Source: an uncultured bacterium (GTDB taxonomy: Bacteria; Krumholzibacteriota; Krumholzibacteriia; Krumholzibacteriales; Krumholzibacteriaceae). From it: a stretch of DNA of 64,000 nucleotides. The translations under genes were made by a program, and so were the position numbers. The stretch covers positions 20,235-84,234 of the forward strand of contig CBDUYR010000004.1 of NCBI GenBank assembly GCA_965371515.1, written 5' to 3'. Shown one piece after another: positions 39,471 to 49,321 of this stretch (position 1 is the stretch's first letter; every line of letters begins with the position of its first letter). The notes beneath the pieces were generated by a model that was not told where the DNA came from, searched no databases, and was given only the letters and a program-made list of their open reading frames with translations.

Positions 39471-40376
39471 TCACTCCATCCCGGGGATGGCTGCCATCAT
39501 CTTCTCCTTGGCGAGGAGCCGCTGCCACTTCCTCTCGACGTCCTTCTCGATCCCGTCGATCTCCTCATCGTTCAGATGCCTGAAACGCCCCTGCGGCTTG
39601 AGGTATTCGCGGACCGATGTCGGCTCGAAGTCCTTCCAGACCTCCAGTTTCTCTCCGTTCTCGGTGATCTCGAGTATCGGGAAGACACGCGAGGTGACCG
39701 CCCTTCTGGCCATCTGGATCGAGAGTTCGGGGGCGAGTTTCCATCCGGTCGGGCAGGGCGCGAAGATATGGATGTACCTCGTTCCCTTGATCTCCTTCGC
39801 CTTCCTGAACTTTTCGATCACGTCTTCCGGCCAGGCTACCGAGCAGGTAGCGATGTAGGGAATCGAGTGAGCGGTCATGATATCGATCATGTTCTTCTTC
39901 GGCTCTCTCTTGTAATTGTCGACCGGCGTGGTCGTGGTCCACGCCCCGACAGGGGTCGAGGATGAACGCTGGATACCGGTGTTCATGTACGCCTCGTTGT
40001 CGTAGCAGACGTATATGATATCGTCATTGCGCTCGGCGGCGCCGGAGAGAGCCTGGAGACCGATGTCATACGTGCCTCCGTCGCCCGCCCAGGCCATCAC
40101 GGTCGTCTCTTTGTCGCCCCTCATCTCGAGCCCTGCCTTGATGCCGGTGGCAGTCACGGCGGCCGTCTCGAACGCCGTATGGAATATCGGCAGGTTGACG
40201 GCCGAGTGGGGAAACGTTCCATCGATCACAGCCCAGCAGCATGCCGGGATGGTGAGCGCAGTCTTCGGACCGAGCGCCTTCAGCGCGAATCTCATAGCCT
40301 GTGTAGCTCCGCATCCCTGGCAGGCGAGATGCCCGGAGCCCATCAGCTCTTCCATCGGAATACGCGGCGCTTTCAT
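39471..40376 (-). CDS. porB: 2-oxoacid:ferredoxin oxidoreductase beta subunit (TPP-binding)
   Basis: GHLACQGCG, GDGG..DIG, YDNEAYMNTGIQRS, PCPTGW. Confidence 0.93.
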   Translation of the reverse strand: MKAPRIPMEELMGSGHLACQGCGATQAMRFALKALGPKTALTIPACCWAVIDGTFPHSAVNLPIFHTAFETAAVTATGIKAGLEMRGDKETTVMAWAGDGGTYDIGLQALSGAAERNDDIIYVCYDNEAYMNTGIQRSSSTPVGAWTTTTPVDNYKREPKKNMIDIMTAHSIPYIATCSVAWPEDVIEKFRKAKEIKGTRYIHIFAPCPTGWKLAPELSIQMARRAVTSRVFPILEITENGEKLEVWKDFEPTSVREYLKPQGRFRHLNDEEIDGIEKDVERKWQRLLAKEKMMAAIPGME

Positions 40377-41524
40377 ATCTTCACCCCTATCCAGTTGATA
40401 TATTTTTCCGGCTGCTTATCGCCTATCGCCTTATCGGCGATCTCGCGGATGACCTTCGGTGTGATATCGCGGCCACCGAGACCTGCGATGTAACCGATGA
40501 TAGGTATGTCCGTGCGGCCATACAGTGCACTCTTTATCTCCTGATAAAATATGCCGTGCGCGCCGAAAGAGATGTTCCGGTCGATCACGGCGACCTTCTT
40601 CGCCTTCGAGAGCACATCGAAGACCTCCTCTATCGGGAAGGGCCTGAAGACCCTTATCTTCAGCGACCCGATCTTTACTCCCTCGTCGCGGAGCTCGTCG
40701 ATGACGACCCTCGTCGTCGAGGCTACGGTGCCGGAAGTCACTAATATGGTCTCAGCGTCGTCACAGCGATAGGGCTCGATCAGCCCGTAGCTGCGGCCGA
40801 ACTTATCTTCGAATTCCTTGTTGACTCTCTTGACCACCTCGAGGCCCCTGTCCATCGCCATCTGGATCATATAGCGCAGCTCCATGTAGTAATCGGGCCC
40901 GGCGAGGTTGCCGAAAGAATGCTGGTCGGCTGTATCGATCTTTATCTCGGGCTCGTACGGAGGCAGGAATTCCCGGACCTGCTCCTTCTCGATAATATCC
41001 ACGATCTCGAAGGTGTGCGAGAGGAAGAACGCGTCCATGACGATCATCACCGGCATCTGCAGCTCTTCGGCAATCTTGAACGCCTGGGGGACCGTGTCCT
41101 GCACCTCCTGGTTCGACTCGCAATAGATCTGGAGCCAGCCGACATCCCGTTGGCTGAGGGAGTCGTTCTGATCGGTCCAGATCGACCACGGCGGCCCGAC
41201 GGCCCTGTTGACATTCGCCAGTACGATAGGGAGCCTTGCTCCGACTGCCCAGTGGAGCATCTCGTGCATGAGAAGCAGCCCCTGGGAAGATGTAGCCGTA
41301 AAGGCCCTCGAACCGGCAGCGGACGCTCCGATGCAGGCGGCCATGGCGCTGTGCTCGGACTCGACCTTGATGAACTTCGCGTCGATCTCGCCGTTCGCGC
41401 ACATCTCGGAGAGGAGCTCTACGATATGGGTCTGCGGCGTTATCGGATAGGCCGAAATGACCTTGGCCTCAGAAGCCCTGACGCCGTAACTCACGGCGTG
41501 GTTTCCCATGATGACCTTCTTCAT
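40373..41524 (-). CDS. porA: 2-oxoacid:ferredoxin oxidoreductase alpha subunit
   Basis: GNHAV, AYPITPQT, VESEHSA, TATSSQGL, FRPFP, GLGGRD; start MKKVIMG 41524. Confidence 0.94.
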   Translation of the reverse strand: MKKVIMGNHAVSYGVRASEAKVISAYPITPQTHIVELLSEMCANGEIDAKFIKVESEHSAMAACIGASAAGSRAFTATSSQGLLLMHEMLHWAVGARLPIVLANVNRAVGPPWSIWTDQNDSLSQRDVGWLQIYCESNQEVQDTVPQAFKIAEELQMPVMIVMDAFFLSHTFEIVDIIEKEQVREFLPPYEPEIKIDTADQHSFGNLAGPDYYMELRYMIQMAMDRGLEVVKRVNKEFEDKFGRSYGLIEPYRCDDAETILVTSGTVASTTRVVIDELRDEGVKIGSLKIRVFRPFPIEEVFDVLSKAKKVAVIDRNISFGAHGIFYQEIKSALYGRTDIPIIGYIAGLGGRDITPKVIREIADKAIGDKQPEKYINWIGVKI

Positions 41525-43200
41525 TTTCCCTCCTCCCGGATCGATATGGCGTTGCGCGGGCACTCGAATACGCAAACGAGACAGCCCTTGCAATAGTCGT
41601 AAAGGAATTCGTATTCGTCCTCGTGCCGCGCGATGGCGACGTCGGGACAGTATACCCAGCAGTTATCGCAGTAGTTGCATACCCCGCACGAGAAACACCG
41701 GTCCGCCTCGGAAGCGAGCAGCTCACCGGTATACCCCGTCTTTATCTCCGTGAATCCCGTCTTCGCCTCGGCGGCGGAGACCCTCGGAACGAGGTTTCTC
41801 TTCGAGCGGGTGAAGTAGTCGGTGTTCATGTCCTCGATGCCGACAGTCTTCGGTTCCTCGACTTCGGGTTCCGGCTCGCCCTCCAGCATCCTGACAATCC
41901 TCTCGGCCGCCTTGCGTCCGGCGGCAATAGCCTCGACTACGCTTGCTGCACCGGTGACCACATCTCCCCCGGCGAATATTTTCGGATCGGAGGTGATCCC
42001 TGTCTCGCCTGAGGTCTTGATCAGGTTCCATTCAGTCTCGACCTTGGATTCAATGCCTTCGAGATCGGCCTGCTCTCCGATCGCCGTGAAGAGCCTGTCG
42101 ACCTCCATCTCGATCGTCTCGCCCTCGACCGGCACCGGCCTGCGCCTGCCTGAATCATCGGGCTCACCGAGTTCCATCTTCTGGAAGATCACGCGGACGA
42201 GCTTTCCGCCCTCGCGAACGAGTTCTTCAGGAGCGGCGAGGAAATGAAACGCCACTCCTTCTTTTTCCGCTTCTTCGATCTCTTCGGCGATCGCAGGCAT
42301 CTCGTTTCTCGTACGGCGATAGACGACGGTCACCTCGCTGCCGGAGCGCAGGGCGCACCTGGCAACATCCATCGCGGTGTTTCCGCCGCCGACCACTACG
42401 ACCTTCGTCCCGGGCTCAACCTTCTCGCCGCTGTTGACCTTGCGGAGAAAATCGAGACCCGGCTCGACGCCGTATTCATCCTCGCCGTCCACGCCCAGGC
42501 CACGGCTGCTCATCAGTCCCAGGCCGAGGAAGACGGCTTTGTATTCTTTCTCGAGCTGATCCATTGTAACGTCAGTGCCAACGTTGGCTCCGGACTTCAC
42601 CTCAATGGGCCCCGAATCCAGGATCTGTTTAATAACTCTGTCGAGGAGTTCGTTGGGGAGCCTGTACTCCGGGATGCCCCACCTGAGAACTCCACCGAGG
42701 GCCTTGTCCCTCTCGAACAGCGTCACCGGATAACCCTGCCTGGCGAGGTAAAAAGCGCACGAGAGACCCGCGGGGCCGCTTCCGACCACGGCCACCTTCT
42801 CTTTCTTCGAGGCCTTCGACTTCTCCATCCAGCCGCCGTTCTCGAGTCCCATGTCGCCGAGGGACCTCTCGATCGCGTTGATGTTGACCGCCTCGTCGTA
42901 GTCCTTCCTCGTACACTTGGTCATGCACGGATGGAAACAGACGCGGCCGGTCACGGCGGGCATCGGGTTGCTTTCTATGATCGTCTTCCATGCCTCCTCG
43001 TGCCTGCTCTCCGTGACGAGATAGATATATCTCTGTATGTTCTCGTTCGTGGGGCACCCGAGGATACACGGCGATGTCTTGAAATCGTACAGCGGCCTTA
43101 CGTTCCGCCACGATCCGGTGAGGTTCCACATCATGGAACTCGACGTCATCGCACGGATCGGCATCTCTTTGTAACTTTTGAATTCGATCTTCTTGACCAT
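41521..43200 (-). CDS. PorD delta subunit with an inserted GltD/NfnB-like FAD/NADP(H) oxidoreductase
   Basis: N-terminal TGSWRNVRP; PCILGCP, GRVCFHPC, GSGPAGL, GIPEYRLP, GGGNTAMD, YRR; C-terminal CNYCDNCWVYCPD and YDYCKGCLVCVFECP. Confidence 0.88.
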   Translation of the reverse strand: MVKKIEFKSYKEMPIRAMTSSSMMWNLTGSWRNVRPLYDFKTSPCILGCPTNENIQRYIYLVTESRHEEAWKTIIESNPMPAVTGRVCFHPCMTKCTRKDYDEAVNINAIERSLGDMGLENGGWMEKSKASKKEKVAVVGSGPAGLSCAFYLARQGYPVTLFERDKALGGVLRWGIPEYRLPNELLDRVIKQILDSGPIEVKSGANVGTDVTMDQLEKEYKAVFLGLGLMSSRGLGVDGEDEYGVEPGLDFLRKVNSGEKVEPGTKVVVVGGGNTAMDVARCALRSGSEVTVVYRRTRNEMPAIAEEIEEAEKEGVAFHFLAAPEELVREGGKLVRVIFQKMELGEPDDSGRRRPVPVEGETIEMEVDRLFTAIGEQADLEGIESKVETEWNLIKTSGETGITSDPKIFAGGDVVTGAASVVEAIAAGRKAAERIVRMLEGEPEPEVEEPKTVGIEDMNTDYFTRSKRNLVPRVSAAEAKTGFTEIKTGYTGELLASEADRCFSCGVCNYCDNCWVYCPDVAIARHEDEYEFLYDYCKGCLVCVFECPRNAISIREEGK

Positions 43201-43226
43201 TTAGCCTCCAGCCTTCAGCCCCATAT

Positions 43227-43787
43227 CTATTTTCCGGAGATGATCTTCACCTCGTTGAAGGCGTCTTCAGCAGCCTGCATATTAGCTTCCTTCTTGACCG
43301 GCACGAAACCGTTGATCGCCGTCTTTACAGCATCGAGTCCTACCAGACCGGTTGCTCCAGCGAATGCGCCTATGATAGATGTATTTACGATGGGGGCGGC
43401 TAGCGATCCGAGCCTGTGGCTCAGCGCTATTTTCGCCGCGTCGATGATAGCAACCTTGAACTTTCCGGTCAGATTTTCGTCGTCAATATCCACGTTCGAA
43501 TTGATAACGATCCAGCCCCCCTCCTTCAATCCGTCGGTGATATTGACGGTAGAGAGAAGGACCCGGTCGAGGACGATGAGATGATCGGGCTCGTAGATCT
43601 GGCATCTCTCGCGGATCTCGCCGTCAGAGATGCGTGTGAACGCCATCACGGGAGCGCCCCTGCGCTCGACGCCGAAAGCCGGAAACGCCTGGACGAACTT
43701 CCCTTCGTGGAAGAACGCGTCCGCCAGGATCTCCGAGGCGATCACCGATCCCTGGCCTCCGCGGCCATGGGTCCTGATTTCCAGCAT
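43227..43787 (-). CDS. porG: 2-oxoacid:ferredoxin oxidoreductase gamma subunit
   Basis: EIRTHGRGGQG, FGVERRGAPV, IVNT. Confidence 0.94.
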   Translation of the reverse strand: MLEIRTHGRGGQGSVIASEILADAFFHEGKFVQAFPAFGVERRGAPVMAFTRISDGEIRERCQIYEPDHLIVLDRVLLSTVNITDGLKEGGWIVINSNVDIDDENLTGKFKVAIIDAAKIALSHRLGSLAAPIVNTSIIGAFAGATGLVGLDAVKTAINGFVPVKKEANMQAAEDAFNEVKIISGK

Positions 43788-44062
43788 ATCCTGTCCCTTT
43801 CCAGTGGGTTGACGGTTACCCGTTTCTTTGAGATTTTCTGATAGAAGCCGGGTCTTCCCGTGTGGAAAAAACCCGTAAAAAGACTACAACGGCCATATAC
43901 CGCCCGTCAAGCGCTTTTTTGTTATCTCTTATAAATTAATGTTTATATGTATACGATGCAAGATATTCCCGATTATCCCGAAGGGTATTCATGGTTTCCA
44001 GGATCACTCCCCCTGAAAAACCCCATTATCCTCTTGCCATATATATATTTACACACAAACAA

Positions 44063-44087
44063 GGTCGGCAATCGCTGATTGCCGACC
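44063..44087 (-). terminator. Terminator of the tRNA operon
   Basis: GGTCGGCAATC-3 nt-GATTGCCGACC followed by TTGTTT on the minus strand, right after tRNA-Arg. Confidence 0.75.
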
Positions 44088-44097
44088 CAGAATCAAA

Positions 44098-44171
44098 TAC
44101 GCCCAGGAGGATTCGAACCCCCAACCTCCTGGTCCGTAGCCAAGCGCTCTATCCAATTGAGCTATGGGCGC
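44098..44171 (-). tRNA. tRNA-Arg(ACG), CCA not encoded
   Basis: CTTGG-CTACGGA-CCAGG, GTTCGAATCC. Confidence 0.94.
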
Positions 44172-44198
44172 ATATTTTATCGATTCTATCTCAAATAG

Positions 44199-44290
<92 letters not shown>

Positions 44291-44309
44291 GCTTGACTTC
44301 ATCTTTTTG

Positions 44310-44396
44310 TGGCGGAGGGCGAGGGACTCGAACCCCCAAGGGCTTACGCCCGGCGGATTTCAAATCCGCTGCCTTACCAGTTAGGACTAGCCCTCC
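44310..44396 (-). tRNA. tRNA-Ser(TGA)
   Basis: GCGGA-TTTGAAA-TCCGC, long variable arm, GCCA. Confidence 0.94.
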
Positions 44397-44436
44397 AAAA
44401 AAAACCACTTCCGCGGACCCACGGAAGGTACCGGTT

Positions 44437-44465
44437 AGTATAAGAAGCGCCTGACAGGCTGTCAA
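44437..44465 (-). promoter_or_regulatory. Near-consensus sigma70 promoter of the tRNA Ser-Ser-Arg operon
   Basis: TTGACA-17 nt-TATACT. Confidence 0.8.
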
Positions 44466-44495
44466 GGACAGACGGCCGTACTCGAACCTGATGCT

Positions 44496-45500
44496 TCATG
44501 ACATCCCATCCTCCCTCTCCCACTGCTCGATCTTTCTCCTGCTTCTGCTACGCTTGATGAAATAAGCCAGCAGGAACAGGACCGAGAAACTCAGGCCGTA
44601 CGGGGATATGCTGAGGAACAAGGCTGTCTTCCGGTATCTGCTTCTCATCGTCGCGGCGAACCTGCCCGAGAACTCCCCGGCCGTCTCGCCGAACGTCAGC
44701 GTGAATGCCTTCTCGAAATCCCCCGAGTCCCTGAGAAACGCGGTGAAGGTTATCATGTCCCTCTCTCCGCCTGCAAGGAGCACGTTGACCGCCGCGTAGC
44801 TGACCCGATAGGCCATCGCCGCCTTAGCGGCGCTTTTCGGGAATCTGCCCCTGAGATCCTCCAGACTAGGCATATCCTCTCTCCATACAGTCAGGGCGAG
44901 GTGCCACTGGTCGCGGAGAGTCCACTCCCGCGACTGTCTCATGGCGATCCCCTCGACGAACCACGTCGGGCAGTGCGCTCCGGCAGTTCTCTGCGCGAGA
45001 AGGACATGTGAGAGCTCGTGCCGGACGACGGTCTCGAGCGGCCGGCCCGAAAGCAGGACGCGGGATGCGTCTATGCCGATGATCATCCTCCGTGAATCGC
45101 CGAACGCCTCTCCCCACTCGGGCAGCCGCCCGCCGTGCAGGTGCCTGAACGAAGGGGTGTCGGGAGCGATGACGAACGCAACAGGTAAGATTTTCTCGAG
45201 CCCGATTTCGGCGGCGATCTCGCCAACCGACCTGCAGGTTATCTTATCTATCTCGGCAGAGAGCCTCTCCCCCCCCTCGGCATAATAGATGATGTACGTC
45301 CCGCACTCGGCGGATCTGGCGTAATACCCGTCGAGGCCCTCGACAAATTTCCTGTCGTATGAAGCGGCGGGGCCGGCCGGGAACAGGAAGGAGAGCAAGA
45401 GTGCCGCGGTCAGAGGCAGTACCGCATTGCGCTGCCTGCTGAGCAACATCGATGCGGCGCGCATCAGAAATATGGCAGTAAGATAAATCGGATGGATCAA
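44496..45500 (-). CDS. Peptidase MA-like zinc metallopeptidase, membrane anchored (start may be 45464/45449)
   Basis: HELSH...PTWFVEG gluzincin motif; signal peptide and C-terminal TM. Confidence 0.8.
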   Translation of the reverse strand: MIHPIYLTAIFLMRAASMLLSRQRNAVLPLTAALLLSFLFPAGPAASYDRKFVEGLDGYYARSAECGTYIIYYAEGGERLSAEIDKITCRSVGEIAAEIGLEKILPVAFVIAPDTPSFRHLHGGRLPEWGEAFGDSRRMIIGIDASRVLLSGRPLETVVRHELSHVLLAQRTAGAHCPTWFVEGIAMRQSREWTLRDQWHLALTVWREDMPSLEDLRGRFPKSAAKAAMAYRVSYAAVNVLLAGGERDMITFTAFLRDSGDFEKAFTLTFGETAGEFSGRFAATMRSRYRKTALFLSISPYGLSFSVLFLLAYFIKRSRSRRKIEQWEREDGMS

Positions 45501-45504
45501 GGGA

Positions 45505-46686
45505 TCAGTTCTCTCCCTTTATGGGGGACAGCTCACGAAGCCTCCCGACGACTTCAGGGAAAGTCTCCAGGAATGCGTCGACGTCCTCGTCCGTGTTGCA
45601 GATACCGAGACTTATCCGTAGTGCGCCCTGTGCCTCTACAGAATCGAGGCCCATCGCTCTCAGGACGTAGCTGGGTTCGGAATCGCCCGTCGCGCAGGCG
45701 CTGCCGCTCGAGAGCGCGAAACCGAGCATGCTGAGGTTGAGCGACATAGCCTCACCCTCTATGCCGGGCACGGTCACATTGCACGTGTTGGAAACTCTCG
45801 ATGCTCCAGCGCCGTTGATATGGACATTGGGGACCTTCTCGAGTATCCCCTCCTGGAGCCTGTCGCGGAGAGCGCCGATCCTCGCCATCTCCTCCTCGAG
45901 ATGCCCTGCGGAGAGCCTGCACGCCTCGCCGAAGCCGACGATGGCGGGGATATTCTCCGTCCCGGGCCTGAGCCCTTCCTCCTGGTGCCCGCCGGTGTAG
46001 ACCGGCTCGATCGGTGTGCCGCGTCGGACGTAGAGGGCCCCGATGCCCTTCGGGCCGTAGAACTTGTGAGCCGAGATCGAGAGGAGATCGACGCCCAGCT
46101 CGCCGACATCGACCGGGATCTTCCCCATACCCTGTACGGCATCGACGTGCAGGATTATCCCGCGAGGTCTGACGATGCCCGATATCTCCTTTACAGGCTG
46201 GATGACGCCCGTCTCGTTGTTTGAGATCATGATACTGGCGAGAATGGTACGATCGGTAATTGCCTTTTCGAGATCGGCGGCGTTGACGGAGCCGTCCTTC
46301 CTGCAGGGGAGATAGGTGACGCTCACGCCTTCTTTCTCCAGCGACTCGCACGTCCGCAGTACGGCCGGATGCTCTATCGAAGATGTGATCAAGTGGGGTT
46401 CGGGGACCTTTTCGCGAAGCGCCCTGACGACGCCCCTTATCGCCATGTTGTCAGATTCAGTCCCTCCGGAGGTGAAAATCACTTCTGCCGGCTCGGCTCC
46501 GAGGAAGGAGGCGATGTGGTCGCGCGCCTCGTCGATCACGCCCCTGTTCTCCTGGCCGAAGAAATGGAGGCTGCTCGCGTTTCCGAATCTCGTGTGCAGG
46601 AAGGGAAGCATCGCCTCGATGACTTCCTCCCGCATGTACGTGGTCGCATTGTGGTCGAAATAGACCCTGCGTTTTGAATCGCTCAT
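45505..46686 (-). CDS. iscS: Cysteine desulfurase (NifS/IscS)
   Basis: YFDHNATT, FTSGGTESDN, HVDAVQ, SAHKFYGPKG, SSGSAC. Confidence 0.95.
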   Translation of the reverse strand: MSDSKRRVYFDHNATTYMREEVIEAMLPFLHTRFGNASSLHFFGQENRGVIDEARDHIASFLGAEPAEVIFTSGGTESDNMAIRGVVRALREKVPEPHLITSSIEHPAVLRTCESLEKEGVSVTYLPCRKDGSVNAADLEKAITDRTILASIMISNNETGVIQPVKEISGIVRPRGIILHVDAVQGMGKIPVDVGELGVDLLSISAHKFYGPKGIGALYVRRGTPIEPVYTGGHQEEGLRPGTENIPAIVGFGEACRLSAGHLEEEMARIGALRDRLQEGILEKVPNVHINGAGASRVSNTCNVTVPGIEGEAMSLNLSMLGFALSSGSACATGDSEPSYVLRAMGLDSVEAQGALRISLGICNTDEDVDAFLETFPEVVGRLRELSPIKGEN

Positions 46687-46738
46687 ATCGTGATTGTCCC
46701 CGGTGGCAGCAATCGTCCCCGTGGTCGTTGCAGTGAAG

Positions 46739-47179
46739 TCAGCCGGCCTTTTCCTTGTCGAAGATCGTCTTGATGTCGGACAGATTATAGGACAAAAGAA
46801 CGTTCGAGATCTCCCCCTCGAGCTTCTTTAATATCGGCACTACGACGCAATCGTCAAATTTGTCGCAGGGATTCTCGGTTACATTCTCGCAGTCTCCGCT
46901 GAGACAGCTGGAGACATAGAACGATCCTTCGAGCGCTTCGACGACATCACCGATCAAAATTTCTTCGGGGGGCCTCTTGAGCCTGAAGCCGCCTCCAGGC
47001 CCCCTGACCCCGACTATAATGTCGTTCCTTCGAAGGTGGGCGAGAAGCTGCTCAAGAAAGCTCGGCGAGATATCCTCCAGTTCCGATATCTCCTTCGCCG
47101 ATACAGGCTGTTGTCCGTATCTCTCGGACATGACAGCCAGAGCCCTGAGGCCGTACCTGAACATCGCGGTAAAACGCAT
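46739..47179 (-). CDS. Rrf2 family regulator (IscR-like, Cys-containing)
   Basis: RYGLRAL, LEQLL..LR, RGPGGGF; C-terminal Cys cluster; upstream of iscS. Confidence 0.92.
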   Translation of the reverse strand: MRFTAMFRYGLRALAVMSERYGQQPVSAKEISELEDISPSFLEQLLAHLRRNDIIVGVRGPGGGFRLKRPPEEILIGDVVEALEGSFYVSSCLSGDCENVTENPCDKFDDCVVVPILKKLEGEISNVLLSYNLSDIKTIFDKEKAG

Positions 47180-47337
47180 TATCCGTCCTTCATGTTACGG
47201 TCAAGACATTGCTCGCAGCCCTATATATATACTTCAAACGGGTCAGTCAGGTCAAGTGCCCGGCCGCAGTCGATGGACAGAAACATGCGGCGGAAGAAGG
47301 AATAATACAACTTCAGAAAGTAATACGCCGGCGACGG

Positions 47338-47961
47338 CTATTCCACGAACCTGATTTCCTTTATCTTTGCCCCTTTCTTTACGTTTGTGACGACGTCCAT
47401 ACCCTCGACCACGCATGCGAAAATCGTGTACTCGCCATTGAGTACAGCCTTGCACTCTTTGACGATGTAGAACTGCGTGGTGGCCGAGTCATAGTCGTCG
47501 ACGAGGCGGGCCATTCCCACCATCCCCTTGTCGTGCTTGAGGTCCTGGAAAAACATCTCGCCCTCGATCGTCTCGAGATCTGTTTCCTTCTTGCCCGTCT
47601 GTATGATCCACGACTCGACCCTGTGGAACTTGAGCCCGTCGTAGAAACCGTCGTTCACAAGGTGTGTGAATCTCTCGACGGCGATCGGGGCTTCTTTGGG
47701 CATGAGTTCCATCACGATCTCGCCACCCTTGTCCAGGACGATCACGACCCTGTGGGCGTCTGAGGCCTGCGGCCCCTCCTCTGCCGCTTTCTCGGCAATC
47801 GGGGCTTCCTTCTGCTGCGGGGGGACTGGTTCGGCAAGTACGGCATCGGTATCGGCGGCAGTAACGGGAACCGTTGCGGCAAACATCAGGACGATGAGCG
47901 CTGCCAACGGCACTCCCGGACGGCGCCTGCGCGTCTTCCCGGAAGAAACCATCGATTTCAC
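47338..47961 (-). CDS. Cyclophilin-type peptidyl-prolyl isomerase, exported
   Basis: FYDGLKFHRV, GMAR, SATTQFYI, LNGEYTIF. Confidence 0.9.
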   Translation of the reverse strand: MKSMVSSGKTRRRRPGVPLAALIVLMFAATVPVTAADTDAVLAEPVPPQQKEAPIAEKAAEEGPQASDAHRVVIVLDKGGEIVMELMPKEAPIAVERFTHLVNDGFYDGLKFHRVESWIIQTGKKETDLETIEGEMFFQDLKHDKGMVGMARLVDDYDSATTQFYIVKECKAVLNGEYTIFACVVEGMDVVTNVKKGAKIKEIRFVE

Positions 47962-47981
47962 CTCCGTCTATTTAAAAGACA

Positions 47982-48008
47982 GAGCCTCCCCGCTCGTCGG
48001 GGAGGCTC
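47982..48008 (-). terminator. Hairpin/terminator after the TPR lipoprotein
   Basis: GAGCCTCCCCG-5 nt-CGGGGAGGCTC followed by TGTCTTTT on the minus strand. Confidence 0.6.
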
Positions 48009-48046
48009 CGGAATGAGCATCGGTCATATCAGGATCAGGAATGGAT

Positions 48047-49213
48047 CTATTCGTACTGTTCCTGCTCCTTCTTGGCCTCCCGGATCTTTATGAGCTTCAG
48101 CTGTCGATCGACCTGCTTGGCCGCGGGTCCGGACCAGAGCTTATCGCCCATACCGGCGACCTTCTCGAACTTCGCGATCGCGCCTTCGTAATCTTTCATC
48201 TTTGACAGCGCCTCGCCCCACTGGTAGTTGAGGAACGCCTCTTCGCCTTCTTTGAGAGCGAGCCCGGCCTTCGACGCGTCGGCTGCCTTCTGGTACATCT
48301 TGTTCTCGTTGTAGATCTTGGAGAGGATCGCGTAGGTAAACGCGTCGCCGCCGTTGAGCTCTATCGCTTTTTCCAGCTCGGCCGGAGCCTCGGCCTTCCT
48401 GTCGGTCTGCGACAGCGAAAAACCGAGCCTCTGGTGATAATTAGCATCATCAGGGAACTCCATTACAAGCGCCTCGTAGAGAGGAATGGCTCTCTCGTAT
48501 TCCTTCTCGCCGAAGTATGCCCTCGCCAGCTGCTTCTTGAACTCGTGGTTCTCCGGAGCGGTCTCTATCGCCATGTGGAGATATTCGTATTTTTTTTCAT
48601 CGTTGCCGAGTTTTCCGTAGAGGGAAGCGAGCGTTCCCATCGTCTTCGCTTCCTTGGGATTGGCCTTCAGCGCACGCTCGTAATACATTATCGCTCCATG
48701 GATATCGTCGCGGTTCTGTGCTATGAACGCGAGGTTGACGTTGCCGCTGTAGTTGAGAGTGTCTTCCTCGACCAGCATCAGGTAGTAGGTCTCGGCGTTG
48801 TCCAAATCTTCGAGGTTGAGGTAGTTGTACCCTATCGATGCGATGAGCGCCTCGTTGTCGGGTGACAGCTCGAGGGCCTTCTGATATGCGGCAATGCCCC
48901 TCTCGTAATCTTTCCTGTCAGTGTATGCTCTGCCCAGGTCGGACCAGGCCTCGAGGTAGGTCGGCTTGATCGAGACTGCTTTTTCGAGGTTCGCTATCGC
49001 CTCGGTATAGTTACCCGCCGCCATGAACTGCTTTGCCGACTGGTAGGCTATCTCAGCGGGTCCGAGACTACGCTCGAAACCCTGCGAATCGGTCGTCGAT
49101 CCGGATATTTCTGCCGTCGCGTCGGTCTCGACAGTGGTTCCACCACCGCCAGACGAGCATCCCCCCATTGCTGCCATCGCCAGGACGGCCATGATGATCA
49201 AGAGTCTTTTCAC
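48047..49213 (-). CDS. TPR-repeat lipoprotein
   Basis: Lipobox MGGC; many TPR units (AWSDLGRAY...YQKALELSP). Confidence 0.85.
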   Translation of the reverse strand: MKRLLIIMAVLAMAAMGGCSSGGGGTTVETDATAEISGSTTDSQGFERSLGPAEIAYQSAKQFMAAGNYTEAIANLEKAVSIKPTYLEAWSDLGRAYTDRKDYERGIAAYQKALELSPDNEALIASIGYNYLNLEDLDNAETYYLMLVEEDTLNYSGNVNLAFIAQNRDDIHGAIMYYERALKANPKEAKTMGTLASLYGKLGNDEKKYEYLHMAIETAPENHEFKKQLARAYFGEKEYERAIPLYEALVMEFPDDANYHQRLGFSLSQTDRKAEAPAELEKAIELNGGDAFTYAILSKIYNENKMYQKAADASKAGLALKEGEEAFLNYQWGEALSKMKDYEGAIAKFEKVAGMGDKLWSGPAAKQVDRQLKLIKIREAKKEQEQYE

Positions 49214-49321
49214 AATCCCTTCCTTTCCTGTATAGGATCAGTATTCGGAGTTCCTTTCAATAATACCTTACCCGGCTATAATCTAGAAAAAGCTACCTGA
49301 ACTGTCAAGATGAAGATTGAA

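Noticed and set aside
42244..43584. 446-aa antisense ORF over the por genes (and similar ones at 20488-21810 and 54474-55523)
   Set aside because: Antisense shadows caused by codon bias; no independent signals
44310..44396. Possible tRNA-Sec or tRNA-Leu
   Set aside because: The anticodon on the coding strand is TGA with a 7-bp acceptor stem and G73, so it is tRNA-Ser
47190..47260. Rrf2/IscR operator (GGTCAAG seen twice)
   Set aside because: Short, overlaps a probable -35 element and has no clear dyad symmetry
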